A DNA stretch of 64,000 bases, taken from positions 3,271 through 67,270 of the forward strand of contig JAJZNA010000009.1 in the NCBI GenBank assembly GCA_021848065.1, read 5' to 3'. Numbering within the stretch: the first letter of the stretch is position 1; the number at the start of each line of letters is the position of its first letter. Origin of the DNA: Candidatus Micrarchaeota archaeon (GTDB lineage: Archaea; Micrarchaeota; Micrarchaeia; Micrarchaeales; CABMGC01). Below, piece by piece: positions 1-9,133 of this stretch. The position numbers were made by a program, and so were the translations under genes. Below the pieces are notes generated by a model. It was given only the letters and a program-made list of their open reading frames with translations. It was not told the origin of the DNA and did no database searches.

Positions 1-1
1 A

Positions 2-550
2 AATCAATACTTCGTGAGTCTTTATGGCATAGACCAGTACGGGAACCCGGTGAATGCAAGCACATTCTACCTCACAGGCACAGCGCCTGGAAAAGAGCTG
101 TACCTCTACGGAGGAGAACCTTATACAGTCACAGGCGCTCTTTACAAGGGAACCAATCTTACCGTAAACAGGCAGCTTGTGGTAAATTCTTCTGGCAGGG
201 TGTCGGTGGCACTACCCTTATATGATGTGCATATATCTGCATCAGACGTATTCGGGCTTCCCGTAGCGGTCCCAGTAATCCTGACCATTGAAAATGGCAC
301 AACTCTTGACATTCTCCTAAATGGCAATGGCTCTTCCGGCACCACTCTCCACGACGTACCTTATGGCAGACTTGTGGCCTCCACCGACTACCTAGGCTTC
401 CAGCTCTCGTCTTCCGTGGAATATGGGCAGCCTGTGCATCTTACTGTGCTATCTTATCTGGATTTTGCAGTATTCGCCGCAGTGGTGGTTCTTGCCATAG
501 TCATATACTTCATAGCAAGCAGGCACGTCCTCGGAGGGCATAACCAATAA
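2..550 (+). CDS. C-terminal part of a membrane-anchored extracellular protein (5' end probably beyond window)
   Basis: The frame is open from base 2, with no stop before the GTG at 14. It has NxS/T sequons and one C-terminal hydrophobic helix (FAVFAAVVVLAIVIYFIA) followed by a basic tail. No family recognised. Confidence 0.5.
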   Translation, partial: NQYFVSLYGIDQYGNPVNASTFYLTGTAPGKELYLYGGEPYTVTGALYKGTNLTVNRQLVVNSSGRVSVALPLYDVHISASDVFGLPVAVPVILTIENGTTLDILLNGNGSSGTTLHDVPYGRLVASTDYLGFQLSSSVEYGQPVHLTVLSYLDFAVFAAVVVLAIVIYFIASRHVLGGHNQ

Positions 551-581
551 TGCTTTATTCCTTCCTTACCATATCTGACTC

Positions 582-1103
582 ATGAAAGTGGCAATGCTCA
601 TAGCGCAGAGGGATTTCAAGGACGAGTCAGTGTCAGTTTCCAAGCTCATGCTTGAAAAGTGGGACATATCTGTGTCTATAGCGAGCTACTACACCCGGGA
701 TTGCATCGGCTATCACGGTGCAGTATACAAGCCTGACATAGATGCGGCGTACCTGAATCCCGACGACTTCGATGCACTGATCCTTATTGATGGCAAAGGC
801 ATAGACGAATTCAAGCTGTGCGATTTCAGGCCCCTTCTAGATACTGTAAAGCTCTTTTCTTCCAGGCGCAAACCCATAGCAGCAATCAGCAACGCTGTCA
901 AGATACTCGCACGTGCAAATATAATCTCAGGAGTGAAGGTTGCGGTTCCTAGGGATGACGAATCGCTAAGGCTGGTCAGCCTTTACCGCGGCGTCAGGTC
1001 CCACTCTGACATGGAGTCTGACAAGGGCATACTCACACTCTCAAATCCAGATATGATCTATGATTTCGCGGATCTTATAATAACGACGCTAGGGGCGAAA
1101 TAG
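582..1103 (+). CDS. DJ-1/PfpI-like protein (nucleophile Cys replaced by Ser)
   Basis: 173 aa with a class-I glutamine amidotransferase-like/DJ-1 layout (DALILIDGKG ... KPIAAISNAVKILA). The elbow position that is normally Cys reads Ser. Confidence 0.5.
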   Translation: MKVAMLIAQRDFKDESVSVSKLMLEKWDISVSIASYYTRDCIGYHGAVYKPDIDAAYLNPDDFDALILIDGKGIDEFKLCDFRPLLDTVKLFSSRRKPIAAISNAVKILARANIISGVKVAVPRDDESLRLVSLYRGVRSHSDMESDKGILTLSNPDMIYDFADLIITTLGAK

Positions 1104-1115
1104 CACCAGCCCCTG

Positions 1116-1430
1116 TTACCTGTAGAATATGTGCTTCTCCGAACCGCACCTGCTGCATACCACTGCCCTGTAATTCCTATCGCTTGGTATCCTAACCTTT
1201 GCATTGAGGCCTTCTATGAGAACCATGTTGCACTTCTTGCACAGTATCTTGTTCATGTATCCTGCAGACCTTATCCTGTAGTGGGACTTGATGGATTTTG
1301 CAATGCCCGCGTACCTGTCCGCCAGGATATCCGGCCTTCCCATCTTTGCGGTGCGCTCCTTGGCCAGTTCGAGCAGCCTGGATATCCTTTCCTGTGCGAT
1401 CTCGCTAAGAAGCCTTTCGTTCTTTACCAT
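1116..1430 (-). CDS. rnp4: RNase P protein component 4 (Rpp21/Rpr2)
   Basis: 104 aa. N-terminal helical AQERISRLLELAKE region followed by a zinc ribbon, CKKC...CSRCG, typical of archaeal Rpp21. Confidence 0.8.
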   Translation of the reverse strand: MVKNERLLSEIAQERISRLLELAKERTAKMGRPDILADRYAGIAKSIKSHYRIRSAGYMNKILCKKCNMVLIEGLNAKVRIPSDRNYRAVVCSRCGSEKHIFYR

Positions 1431-1434
1431 GTAA

Positions 1435-1752
1435 TCAAAACTCTACGTATATCTCTCCTGTAGAATTATCTACTCTGGCCCTATATGTATTTATGTCTGT
1501 AACCCAGGGCGTATTCCCATCTGCCTGCCCGGTTTCAACATCGAAAGCGCCTTCATGAAGCGGGCATATTATCTTACCGCCATCCACATGCCCTTTTCCA
1601 AGAAGCCCTCCCTTATGACTGCATGTGCCGTCAATCACGTGTATCCTACCGTCAATCTTTACAACGGCGAGCTCCCTGCCTCCAATGCTTGTGGCAACAG
1701 GTACATTGTCCTTCAGGTCGCCAATCATGAGCCCCAGTTTATGCTCAACCAT
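1435..1752 (-). CDS. Rieske [2Fe-2S] domain ferredoxin-like protein
   Basis: Rieske ligand motifs CSHKGG and CPLHEGAFD. Start moved to the internal ATG (MVEHKL) at 1752, which lies 4 nt after the glyS stop; the 1800 start would overlap glyS. Confidence 0.75.
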   Translation of the reverse strand: MVEHKLGLMIGDLKDNVPVATSIGGRELAVVKIDGRIHVIDGTCSHKGGLLGKGHVDGGKIICPLHEGAFDVETGQADGNTPWVTDINTYRARVDNSTGEIYVEF

Positions 1753-1756
1753 CACA

Positions 1757-3247
1757 TCATCCAATAAAATCCTGCACGTCAAGCCTTGTGTTCTTCTCAA
1801 GGAAAGCTGCTATATCGTCTATCTTTACCCTCTCCTGCTTCTTCTCATCCCTGTATCTTACAGTTACCGTATTGTGGTTTGGGGATCCTGTGTCAACGGT
1901 CTCGTAATCGACAGTTATGCAGAACGGCGTCCCTATCTCGTCCATCCTGGCATACCTCCTGCCTATGGACCCTGCATCGTCATACTCCATCCTGAACTTT
2001 GTCTTGAGCTTTTTGTGCAGTGCTGTTGCCACTTTCTCTATAGAATCCTCATGCTGCAGCGGGAATATGCCTGCTGCAAACGGCGCAAGATAGTTGGGGA
2101 GCTTCATCACCGACCTGTCTTCTATCTTGGCGAACATGGTGTCTGAAAGCATCCACACGTTCCTGTCTATGCCGAAGCTTAGCTCCAGCACGTGGGGAAC
2201 GAATCTCTTGCCGTCTACGAGAACGGAGAAGTCCTTGTTCGAACCCTTCGAATGCGACTTCAGGTCATAGTCTGTCCTGTAGTGCAGGCCGCCAACCTCC
2301 TTGAATCCGCCCCAGCTGTCCACATATACCTCCAGGTCCATGTGCACCTTGTTGTAGAACGCCTTGCTGTCCCCGCCCTTCTCGAAGAACCTGAAGCTTG
2401 ATGCAGGAACGCCAAGGACCTCGGTGTAGAATATGTCTATAAGCGCCATGTGGTAGGCGTAGAACTCGGGTATGCCATGCTTCCCTATAACGTCCCTTAC
2501 CTTTATCCTCTCGCTCTTTTCCGCCCCGTAGAAAAATACCGTGAGCTCTCGCTCCTCGAACTTTCCTATGTCAACCGGGAAGGATTCGGGGTTGAAGAAT
2601 ATCTGCAGCTCAGCCTGGGTGAGCTCCCTGAGCCTATAGAGCCCCTGCCTTGGGGATATCTCATTCCTGTAAGCCTTTCCAATAAGAGCAAGACCCACCG
2701 GCATCGACTTCCTAAGGACATTGAACTCCCTGAAGAAGTTCAGGTACACTGACTGCGCTGTCTCAGGGCGCAAATACCCTTTCTCAGACCTGTCCGGTCC
2801 AAGGTACACATCAAACATCATGTTGAATGGCCTTGACTTGCCTAGCTTGCCCCCATCCTTCGGGCATGCTATCTTATTGTCTTCCACTACCTGGTCTATC
2901 TCTTCCGGTCCAGCTCCTTCAGACACCTTTATTCCAGAATCTGCGATAAGCACATCCGCACGGTAATATGTTTTGCACCTCGCGCATGAGACGAGTATGT
3001 CATTGAAAAGAGCAGCATGTCCTGATGCAACGAGCGGCTTCTCAGGAAGTATTGTTGACGCGTCAAGCAGGTAGTAGTTGTCTCCTGAGTCTATGAAAAA
3101 TGATATCCACGCGCTTTCAAGCCTCCTCTTAAGCAGCGCCCCTACGTGCCCGTAGTCATAATACCCTGCAATGCCTCCGTATATGTCTGCGGTGGGCCAG
3201 AACAGACCCCTCCTCTTGGCAAGTGATGTAATGTCTTCCATATTCAT
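1757..3247 (-). CDS. glyS: Glycine--tRNA ligase (archaeal/eukaryotic class II type)
   Basis: 496 aa. N-terminus AKRRGLFWPTADIYGGIAGYYDYGHVG plus class II motifs (RNEISPRQGLYRLRELTQAE, GIDR) characteristic of alpha2 GlyRS. Confidence 0.9.
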   Translation of the reverse strand: MNMEDITSLAKRRGLFWPTADIYGGIAGYYDYGHVGALLKRRLESAWISFFIDSGDNYYLLDASTILPEKPLVASGHAALFNDILVSCARCKTYYRADVLIADSGIKVSEGAGPEEIDQVVEDNKIACPKDGGKLGKSRPFNMMFDVYLGPDRSEKGYLRPETAQSVYLNFFREFNVLRKSMPVGLALIGKAYRNEISPRQGLYRLRELTQAELQIFFNPESFPVDIGKFEERELTVFFYGAEKSERIKVRDVIGKHGIPEFYAYHMALIDIFYTEVLGVPASSFRFFEKGGDSKAFYNKVHMDLEVYVDSWGGFKEVGGLHYRTDYDLKSHSKGSNKDFSVLVDGKRFVPHVLELSFGIDRNVWMLSDTMFAKIEDRSVMKLPNYLAPFAAGIFPLQHEDSIEKVATALHKKLKTKFRMEYDDAGSIGRRYARMDEIGTPFCITVDYETVDTGSPNHNTVTVRYRDEKKQERVKIDDIAAFLEKNTRLDVQDFIG

Positions 3248-3382
3248 GGCAAAACCAGGATGTTGTAGATGTAATGGCCGTAACTGCTATTAAAAGCTTT
3301 TCCATAATTTTCCCTGCGCCTGACATGATTCCTGACAGAATATATATGTTGTGTGCGGTAAAAACCCTAAAAGGTAAATGCT

Positions 3383-3859
3383 ATGGTTTTTGTCAGCGGC
3401 TTTTCTATACGTGACTACCGGGAATCTGACAAAATGGCCATAATAGAGCTAAACCGGGTATCCTTGGAGAATACCGATGCATTCCTGTGGAACGTGAACG
3501 GCTACTACGATGACCTCAATGACATCGCGGCGCAGTACCTCCGGGCCGGCAGGTTCTTCGTTGGCGAAGTGGATGGCAGGATAGTTGCCACTGGCGCTGT
3601 CAGAGTCATATCCGAAGGCACGGCTGAAGTAAAGCGGATAAGGGTGCATCCAGACTTCCAGCGTAAGGGCATAGGGCAGTCGATGCTAAGCCTGCTGGAG
3701 AGGACTGCGCGCGGGCTAGGATGCACGCGCATAGTGCTGGACACTACAATAAAACAGACGGCAGCGCAGGCAATGTACCTCAAGAATTCTTACAGGGAGC
3801 TAAGGCGCGAGAGGATATATGATACCACAGAGCGCATATACTATGAAAAAATGATCTAG
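3383..3859 (+). CDS. GNAT family N-acetyltransferase
   Basis: Acetyl-CoA binding motif A (RIRVHPDFQRKGIGQSML). 158 aa. Confidence 0.8.
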   Translation: MVFVSGFSIRDYRESDKMAIIELNRVSLENTDAFLWNVNGYYDDLNDIAAQYLRAGRFFVGEVDGRIVATGAVRVISEGTAEVKRIRVHPDFQRKGIGQSMLSLLERTARGLGCTRIVLDTTIKQTAAQAMYLKNSYRELRRERIYDTTERIYYEKMI

Positions 3860-3875
3860 CCCCAAATCGCGTCTT

Positions 3876-4823
3876 CTACTGCCTTTTCAATCTCATAAGG
3901 AGCACTTGGTACGGCCCGAGCATATCTGCCACCTGCTGATCCGTGAGTTCGATCCCCGCATTGCGAAGCCTTATCGGGGAGATCAAACCTGCAACCGATC
4001 CGAATGGGTGTCTCTCACTTATCTCAAATCCCTGGTCAAGGTAAAGCCTCTCCGCGTCCTCAAAGGTCCTGAACATATTTACAGCAAGCTTGGAGCCCGT
4101 ATTCCTATCAAGTAGCCCCGGGCTTCCGCTAATTCGGTCTTCATGCATCAACGCTTCTATGGCATTCCTGTCAGGTGTTATCAATACGCTGCCAGGCTTG
4201 AATTGGCTAAGGATCTCTGCTATGTTGCTCAATATCTCTATCTTCTTATCTATGCTATGATAACGCAGCACTCCTTCCATTACTACCGCAATGCGCCTCC
4301 TTCTGGTAAATTGCCCCACTGCCTTAGCCATATACGTGCTGTTATCTGCAGACCCCATATTTATCGTCAATGTACTTGAAGGAGCTGAGCCAATCCTTTC
4401 CGCTACTTCCTCTTTAAGGGCAGCTACAAAGGGGAGGTCAAGGTCTGAGTATGCCACACCCTCTCTAGACATATAAAGGCTGCGAGGGGATAGCCCTGCG
4501 CCGATTTCGAGTACTTGGGTGATTTTAAGCTGGTTTAGAATGGCGTCTATGATTACATGCCTTGCCTCAAACTGTGGGGCAGTCCTGATTAGCGGTCCCC
4601 ATTCGCTCATCCATTCCGGCCCGAGCTTCTCATATAGCAGGGGGCTTGCGGTTTCCAGTACCTCGCGTGCCAGGCGTATCTCACCTATGCTTTTCACTGC
4701 CACGCACCAGAGCGCAGAACGCTGTGCCCCCCGTTGCAGCCCTCCTATGGCTTGCACGCCTGAAGCACCCGCGCTAGGCTCTATCCCTAGTAATGTGGGT
4801 GGCTTCTGCTTCTGCACAGTCAT
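3876..4823 (-). CDS. Class I SAM-dependent methyltransferase (LCM/TcmP-like)
   Basis: Motif I VLEIGAGLSPRS followed by an acidic-loop D-L-D. 315 aa. Confidence 0.55.
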   Translation of the reverse strand: MTVQKQKPPTLLGIEPSAGASGVQAIGGLQRGAQRSALWCVAVKSIGEIRLAREVLETASPLLYEKLGPEWMSEWGPLIRTAPQFEARHVIIDAILNQLKITQVLEIGAGLSPRSLYMSREGVAYSDLDLPFVAALKEEVAERIGSAPSSTLTINMGSADNSTYMAKAVGQFTRRRRIAVVMEGVLRYHSIDKKIEILSNIAEILSQFKPGSVLITPDRNAIEALMHEDRISGSPGLLDRNTGSKLAVNMFRTFEDAERLYLDQGFEISERHPFGSVAGLISPIRLRNAGIELTDQQVADMLGPYQVLLMRLKRQ

Positions 4824-4920
4824 CCAATCAACGCAGACTATAAGTGCCTGACCTGATATTAATTACTATCGGCTTAAAATTGCAATTTTCGGGCTGGAAA
4901 TTCATATCCGCCATGCCGGG

Positions 4921-6207
4921 CTACTCCTTTGGAACCATTACTGGGGATATCCCTGCACCTTCTCCTACCATATTTGCCTTCTCCCCCTTGTACACCCTGG
5001 AGAACAGCATTATGTTCTTAGGCGAAACGATCTCTTCAGGCGTTCTGATGAACACCAGGGCATCCATTGTGCTTACGAGCCCGCCCTTGACTTCGTCTGC
5101 AGGCGCGTAGTTCATGCACATGTAATTGCCTTCCTTTGCCAACCTGCTAAGTATATTCGCATAGCCCTTGGTGTACTTGTCCAGTATATAGACTTCTCTA
5201 CCGCCGCTGCCATGCCCTATCTTAACTGCGACTTTAAGCCCATTCCTTATCATCCACTTTGCAGTCTGCGCCTCAGAAGGGGTCAAGATCCTGGCCCAGG
5301 GCAGCACTTCATTAAGAAACGTCCTTTCGCCTTGCGATATCTGTAATGTCTCATCCCACCGCGCATCCGAGAGATAGGCGAGTATGAATTTGGACGTCAT
5401 TATGGAATTGGCAAGGGGCGGCCACAGTTCAACGTTGCCTTCCAGGTATGCCTCGAATATAGGGCCCCCTGCAAGCGCTTTCCACCTCTCAAAATTTGGC
5501 CCTTCGCTTGCCGCAATATGCACTGCGCCTATCTCCACTCCAGATTTCTTGTGCACCAAAACCCCGTTTTCGTATGCAAGCTCCTTGTCGGAGCATGGGA
5601 ATACAACCTTCACATCCGAATTTGACGATATGAACCTGGCCAACGCTTCCAGGTCCCCGAATATATTTGTGGAGTAATTGCTGCCTATCCTATCAAGTAT
5701 GGCTATGCTCCTATGCTTGGCACTGCCGACCAGCGGGGCGAACACCTTTTCCCATAACAGCGCCCCACCGCCATCCGAGCGCTGTGCACTTGGGAGAAGC
5801 CCATGCCTCTCTCCAATTCCAAGTTCGCCCATCGACCTCTCCACAACGGATGTCAATATGAAGAATGCCGATCCGAGGTTGTATTCTACTATGTACCTTC
5901 CTTGGAAGTCAAGCCTTGAAAAATTCAGGAATGGATGCCTCTTCCTTACGTATGGCAGCATGTCCTCCGGCACATTTCTCTCAAGCAGCCTTACTATGTC
6001 AGCGTCTAATTCACCGGATGATATCTTCTGCCTGTACAGCCTCGCTACCTTCTGGATTATTGACACAAACTGCCTCACAGTCTGCTGATAAAAAAGAAGG
6101 TCCTTCTTGCCTATGGTTATTATGTGCTTGGATATTTTAGAGTCCTTCCTGATCTTGCTGCTGACCTTCTGGTCCAGGGCGCCAAGTTCCTCGTCGGACA
6201 TTTCCAT
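4921..6207 (-). CDS. Hypothetical protein, possible ATP-grasp-like fold
   Basis: 428-aa ORF with no convincing competing ORF. The GHGSGGREVYIL segment resembles the ATP-grasp glycine-rich loop. The family assignment is weak. Confidence 0.35.
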   Translation of the reverse strand: MEMSDEELGALDQKVSSKIRKDSKISKHIITIGKKDLLFYQQTVRQFVSIIQKVARLYRQKISSGELDADIVRLLERNVPEDMLPYVRKRHPFLNFSRLDFQGRYIVEYNLGSAFFILTSVVERSMGELGIGERHGLLPSAQRSDGGGALLWEKVFAPLVGSAKHRSIAILDRIGSNYSTNIFGDLEALARFISSNSDVKVVFPCSDKELAYENGVLVHKKSGVEIGAVHIAASEGPNFERWKALAGGPIFEAYLEGNVELWPPLANSIMTSKFILAYLSDARWDETLQISQGERTFLNEVLPWARILTPSEAQTAKWMIRNGLKVAVKIGHGSGGREVYILDKYTKGYANILSRLAKEGNYMCMNYAPADEVKGGLVSTMDALVFIRTPEEIVSPKNIMLFSRVYKGEKANMVGEGAGISPVMVPKE

Positions 6208-6298
6208 GCTGTATATGGCATCTCACGGGCTTAAAATTCTTATTGTGGCTTCGTATTGCCATCACGCCACGCAGCGACTATTGGCCGTAGCCCCGTTG

Positions 6299-7681
6299 TC
6301 ATTCCAGCCAAAGCCCTGCATCCTGCTTCGTCATCGATCTATCATCCGGGGCGTGCTCGTTAAGTATCCTGTACTGCAGCGTGTTCTTCCCATCCAGTTT
6401 CCTGTAGCATAGGGTTCCTACCAGCACGTTCGTTGCTATCAGGCTCGAAACGCTCATTCCGTTGACTTTGCTGAGAACTGCATTTACTCCTTCAAAATCC
6501 CCCTCCTTCAGCACCGGCAGCACGAACAGGACTCCTTCAGGGAGCTTTATGTCCCCTTCAAGTGCGTACCGGTTCATGATGCTGTCATCGCTGTCTTCTA
6601 TTATGTTCCTCAGGACCACGTTCCTGTCCTTCAGATATTTCATGTGGTTTATTTTTTCGAGTATTATCACAGAGACGTATTTGATGTGCACTCTCTCCAT
6701 TGTTATTGTTATCCTCCTTATGACTCCAGCGTTTAGCAATTTGTGGTATGTGTATCTTGCGCTACCCTCTGCCAAATTGTATTTCCTATCTATCTTGCTG
6801 AAATCCATGGATCCGTCACTATTAAGCTCCTTTAGAAGCGCGTACTCCCTATTGCGAAGGTAGTTTCCTTGCGGCCTGGGCTCGGACTTGCTTCTAGTCC
6901 ATAGCTTCTCAGACAGCATATCAAAGAATGAGTTTCTGAGGGGGACAAAAGAGTAAGACTGGTAGAAAGGCGCAACATAAAGCTGAAGGTCATAATCCGG
7001 AAACATCCTGCTGCGCATATTGTAAAAGCTCATCATCGTGTCCCCTTCCTTTGGCAGAACTACGTAAAGCAGCAGGTCAAAATTGCCTTTGGTCAGCATC
7101 GCGAGCTGCACTGGCTTCTCCAGGTCCAGAACTTTCCTCATCTGGTCCACATCCGGCGTCTTCCCAGAGAATTTGATCATGATTATGTACGTGAGATATC
7201 CTAGCCTGTCCAGATCTATCTCAGCCAGGTATCTAATGCCATACCTCCTCTCGATCCCGTTTCTCTGCCATTCTATCCCGCTTGTGCTCAATCCAACCCT
7301 ATTTCCAAGCTCTGGCAATGTTATGCGGCCGTTGTTGCTGAGTTCTTTGAGTATTTGCACGTCGTAATGCCCGATCCTATTGCCCACTTCAACGGATGCA
7401 GGGGCCATGCCTCGCTTTTCGGATGGCGTCTCCCTGCGAAATGCAATTCTGGCAGCTGAAAGCTCCGGATTCCTGGGCACAGCTGGTATAAACTCCCCGG
7501 CATCGGTTATGCGGCCTATATATTTCGTGATCTTCTTTATGCTCTTGAGCTTCTTGTCCCATACGCTCGTAGACTCATAAACGTAGCTTCTCCCGTTGAT
7601 TACCTTTATGTCAACGTAATGGCTGCGCACTCCTCGGATTTTCTCCAATGCTTCTGATATCTTGGGAGGCAATTCTTTCAT
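6299..7681 (-). CDS. Transcriptional regulator with two tandem Lrp/AsnC-type HTH+RAM modules
   Basis: Two copies of the pattern ILKELSNNGRITLPELGNRVGLS / LLKELNSDGSMDFSKIDRKYNLA, each followed by a beta-alpha-beta (RAM-like) segment. About 100 aa at the N-terminus are of unknown type. Confidence 0.6.
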   Translation of the reverse strand: MKELPPKISEALEKIRGVRSHYVDIKVINGRSYVYESTSVWDKKLKSIKKITKYIGRITDAGEFIPAVPRNPELSAARIAFRRETPSEKRGMAPASVEVGNRIGHYDVQILKELSNNGRITLPELGNRVGLSTSGIEWQRNGIERRYGIRYLAEIDLDRLGYLTYIIMIKFSGKTPDVDQMRKVLDLEKPVQLAMLTKGNFDLLLYVVLPKEGDTMMSFYNMRSRMFPDYDLQLYVAPFYQSYSFVPLRNSFFDMLSEKLWTRSKSEPRPQGNYLRNREYALLKELNSDGSMDFSKIDRKYNLAEGSARYTYHKLLNAGVIRRITITMERVHIKYVSVIILEKINHMKYLKDRNVVLRNIIEDSDDSIMNRYALEGDIKLPEGVLFVLPVLKEGDFEGVNAVLSKVNGMSVSSLIATNVLVGTLCYRKLDGKNTLQYRILNEHAPDDRSMTKQDAGLWLE

Positions 7682-7765
7682 ATATGGTATATTAAAACTG
7701 GTATGATATAAAAGACTTTTGTATTGTATATACCTTTTCCTTTAGACCTCGCAAAAATGGCACAT

Positions 7766-7781
7766 ATCCCATATATGGGAT
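7766..7781. promoter_or_regulatory. Perfect 16-bp palindrome ATCCCATATATGGGAT upstream of the Lrp-like regulator
   Basis: Read directly from the sequence. It lies about 85 bp upstream of the start at 7681, inside a divergent AT-rich intergenic region. Confidence 0.35.
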
Positions 7782-7900
7782 AAAATTAGACCCTAAAACT
7801 AAAATAAAAATGAAAATTATTGCAAAAAATTAATTTATATGCTAATAAAATGGCTATAATAACAAAATCAAATATATATAGAAGGTACGGCACTACATAT

Positions 7901-7993
7901 AGTGTAACCTCAGGTTACGAATCACGCTGTTTTTCTAAAAAACAGACCCAACATACCCAATCCCAAACGGCGCGTGCCTAAAAAACACGCGCC
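7901..7993 (+). ncRNA. Candidate small RNA (three consecutive hairpins downstream of a TATA-like box)
   Basis: TATA-like aatatatata at 7871-7880. Hairpins GTAACC-TCA-GGTTAC (7904-7918), CTGTTTTT-CT-AAAAAACAG (7927-7945) and GGCGCGTG-CCTAAAAAA-CACGCGCC (7969-7993). Both flanking genes diverge from this region, so these are not their terminators. No known RNA family recognised. Confidence 0.25.
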
Positions 7994-8175
7994 ACTATTG
8001 CTTCATTTCCTGAAAATTAAAAGTTATCTCTGGTCCTATTTAAAGGTTCCTATTCCCAAAGCCAAAGCCTAGTTTATGCGATGGCACATAATTGCCAAAG
8101 CTCGGGCTGAAGCCTGGCCTGCTGTAATTACAGTATTATATACTTACTTGTATGCAATACCCTTAGTGTGATCTG

Positions 8176-9108
8176 ATGAAGGAGAGTCCTGAAGCGAAGC
8201 GCGCGAGGCTTCTAAACCTTGCAAAGGAGAGCGTCACAAGTGCGTACTCCAGCGGTGAGCATGCCATAGCGCAGGCCATAGTCTCTTACAATGAGCTTGA
8301 CAAGATGCGCAACCTAGTGCACGAGAAGCTTGAGGAATGGTACGGCATACACTTCCCGGAACTCAGGCTGTCAAACCAGCTCACTTATGCCAAGTTCGTT
8401 GCCGAATTTGGCCTGGACAAGAAGGCTGCAAGCAAGGAGAGGCTCGCCGAGATACTCGGCACCGGATCGGACACTGTGATGAGGCAGATAGAGGCGAGCA
8501 TGGGCCAGGAGCCATCTCCAGAGGAATATGACGCCATGAAGGATCTAGCCGAACTGGAGCTTGATATATCCAATAGGATGGAGAGGCTTGACAAGTACAT
8601 CGAGAAGTCAACCAAGGCCCTCATGCCTAACATAACTTATCTTATAGATTACAAGATAGCTGCAGAGCTGCTAGCCAAGGCAGGTTCGCTGGCAAAGCTC
8701 TCAATAATGCCTGCCGGCACCATACAGCTGCTAGGAGCCGAAAAGGCGCTCTTCAAGCACCTCAAGTTCGGTTCAAGGCCCCCTAAGTATGGGGTGCTCT
8801 TCAAGCTTCCGCAGATAAACACTGCAGGCAGGTTCGAGAGGGGCAGGCTCGCAAGGATATACGCCACAAAGCTGTCAATAGCCGCCAGGGCAGACGGCAT
8901 CTCAAAGAATTTCATAGCTGATAAGCTTAAGGAGCAGCTGGACAAGGCGATAGCCTTGCAGGCAAAGAAGCCCAAGAGGCAGGGTCCAGCGCCAATGCAG
9001 CATGAACGCAGGGGAGGAGAGCAGCACTTCAGGCAGGGGCAGAAGCGCTGGGACAGGCCCCGCCAAGGCCATGGTGGTGGGCGCAGGTGGCAGGACAGGC
9101 GAAGGTAG
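8176..9108 (+). CDS. nop5: C/D box sRNP core protein Nop5 (Nop56/58 homologue)
   Basis: NOSIC and Nop domain motifs (EWYGIHFPEL, AGSLAKLSIMPAGTIQLLGAEKALF, PKYGVLF). C-terminal Arg/Gly-rich tail. Confidence 0.9.
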   Translation: MKESPEAKRARLLNLAKESVTSAYSSGEHAIAQAIVSYNELDKMRNLVHEKLEEWYGIHFPELRLSNQLTYAKFVAEFGLDKKAASKERLAEILGTGSDTVMRQIEASMGQEPSPEEYDAMKDLAELELDISNRMERLDKYIEKSTKALMPNITYLIDYKIAAELLAKAGSLAKLSIMPAGTIQLLGAEKALFKHLKFGSRPPKYGVLFKLPQINTAGRFERGRLARIYATKLSIAARADGISKNFIADKLKEQLDKAIALQAKKPKRQGPAPMQHERRGGEQHFRQGQKRWDRPRQGHGGGRRWQDRRR

Positions 9109-9133
9109 TGCCGTGGAAGTCTATCCTGAAGAA

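Noticed and set aside
7682-8175. Possible replication origin, given the long AT-rich intergenic region with palindromes.
   Set aside because: No orc1/cdc6 gene is adjacent and I could find no repeated ORB-like elements. The palindromes are all different.
8171-8180. C-box-like CTGATGA next to nop5.
   Set aside because: It is simply the sequence around the nop5 ATG start codon. There is no matching D box or guide arrangement.
9002-9133. Upstream extension of the Nudix ORF that overlaps the last 107 nt of nop5.
   Set aside because: The extension is a Gly/Arg-rich alternate-frame reading of the nop5 RG tail. In-frame starts at 9113 and 9134 lie after the nop5 stop.
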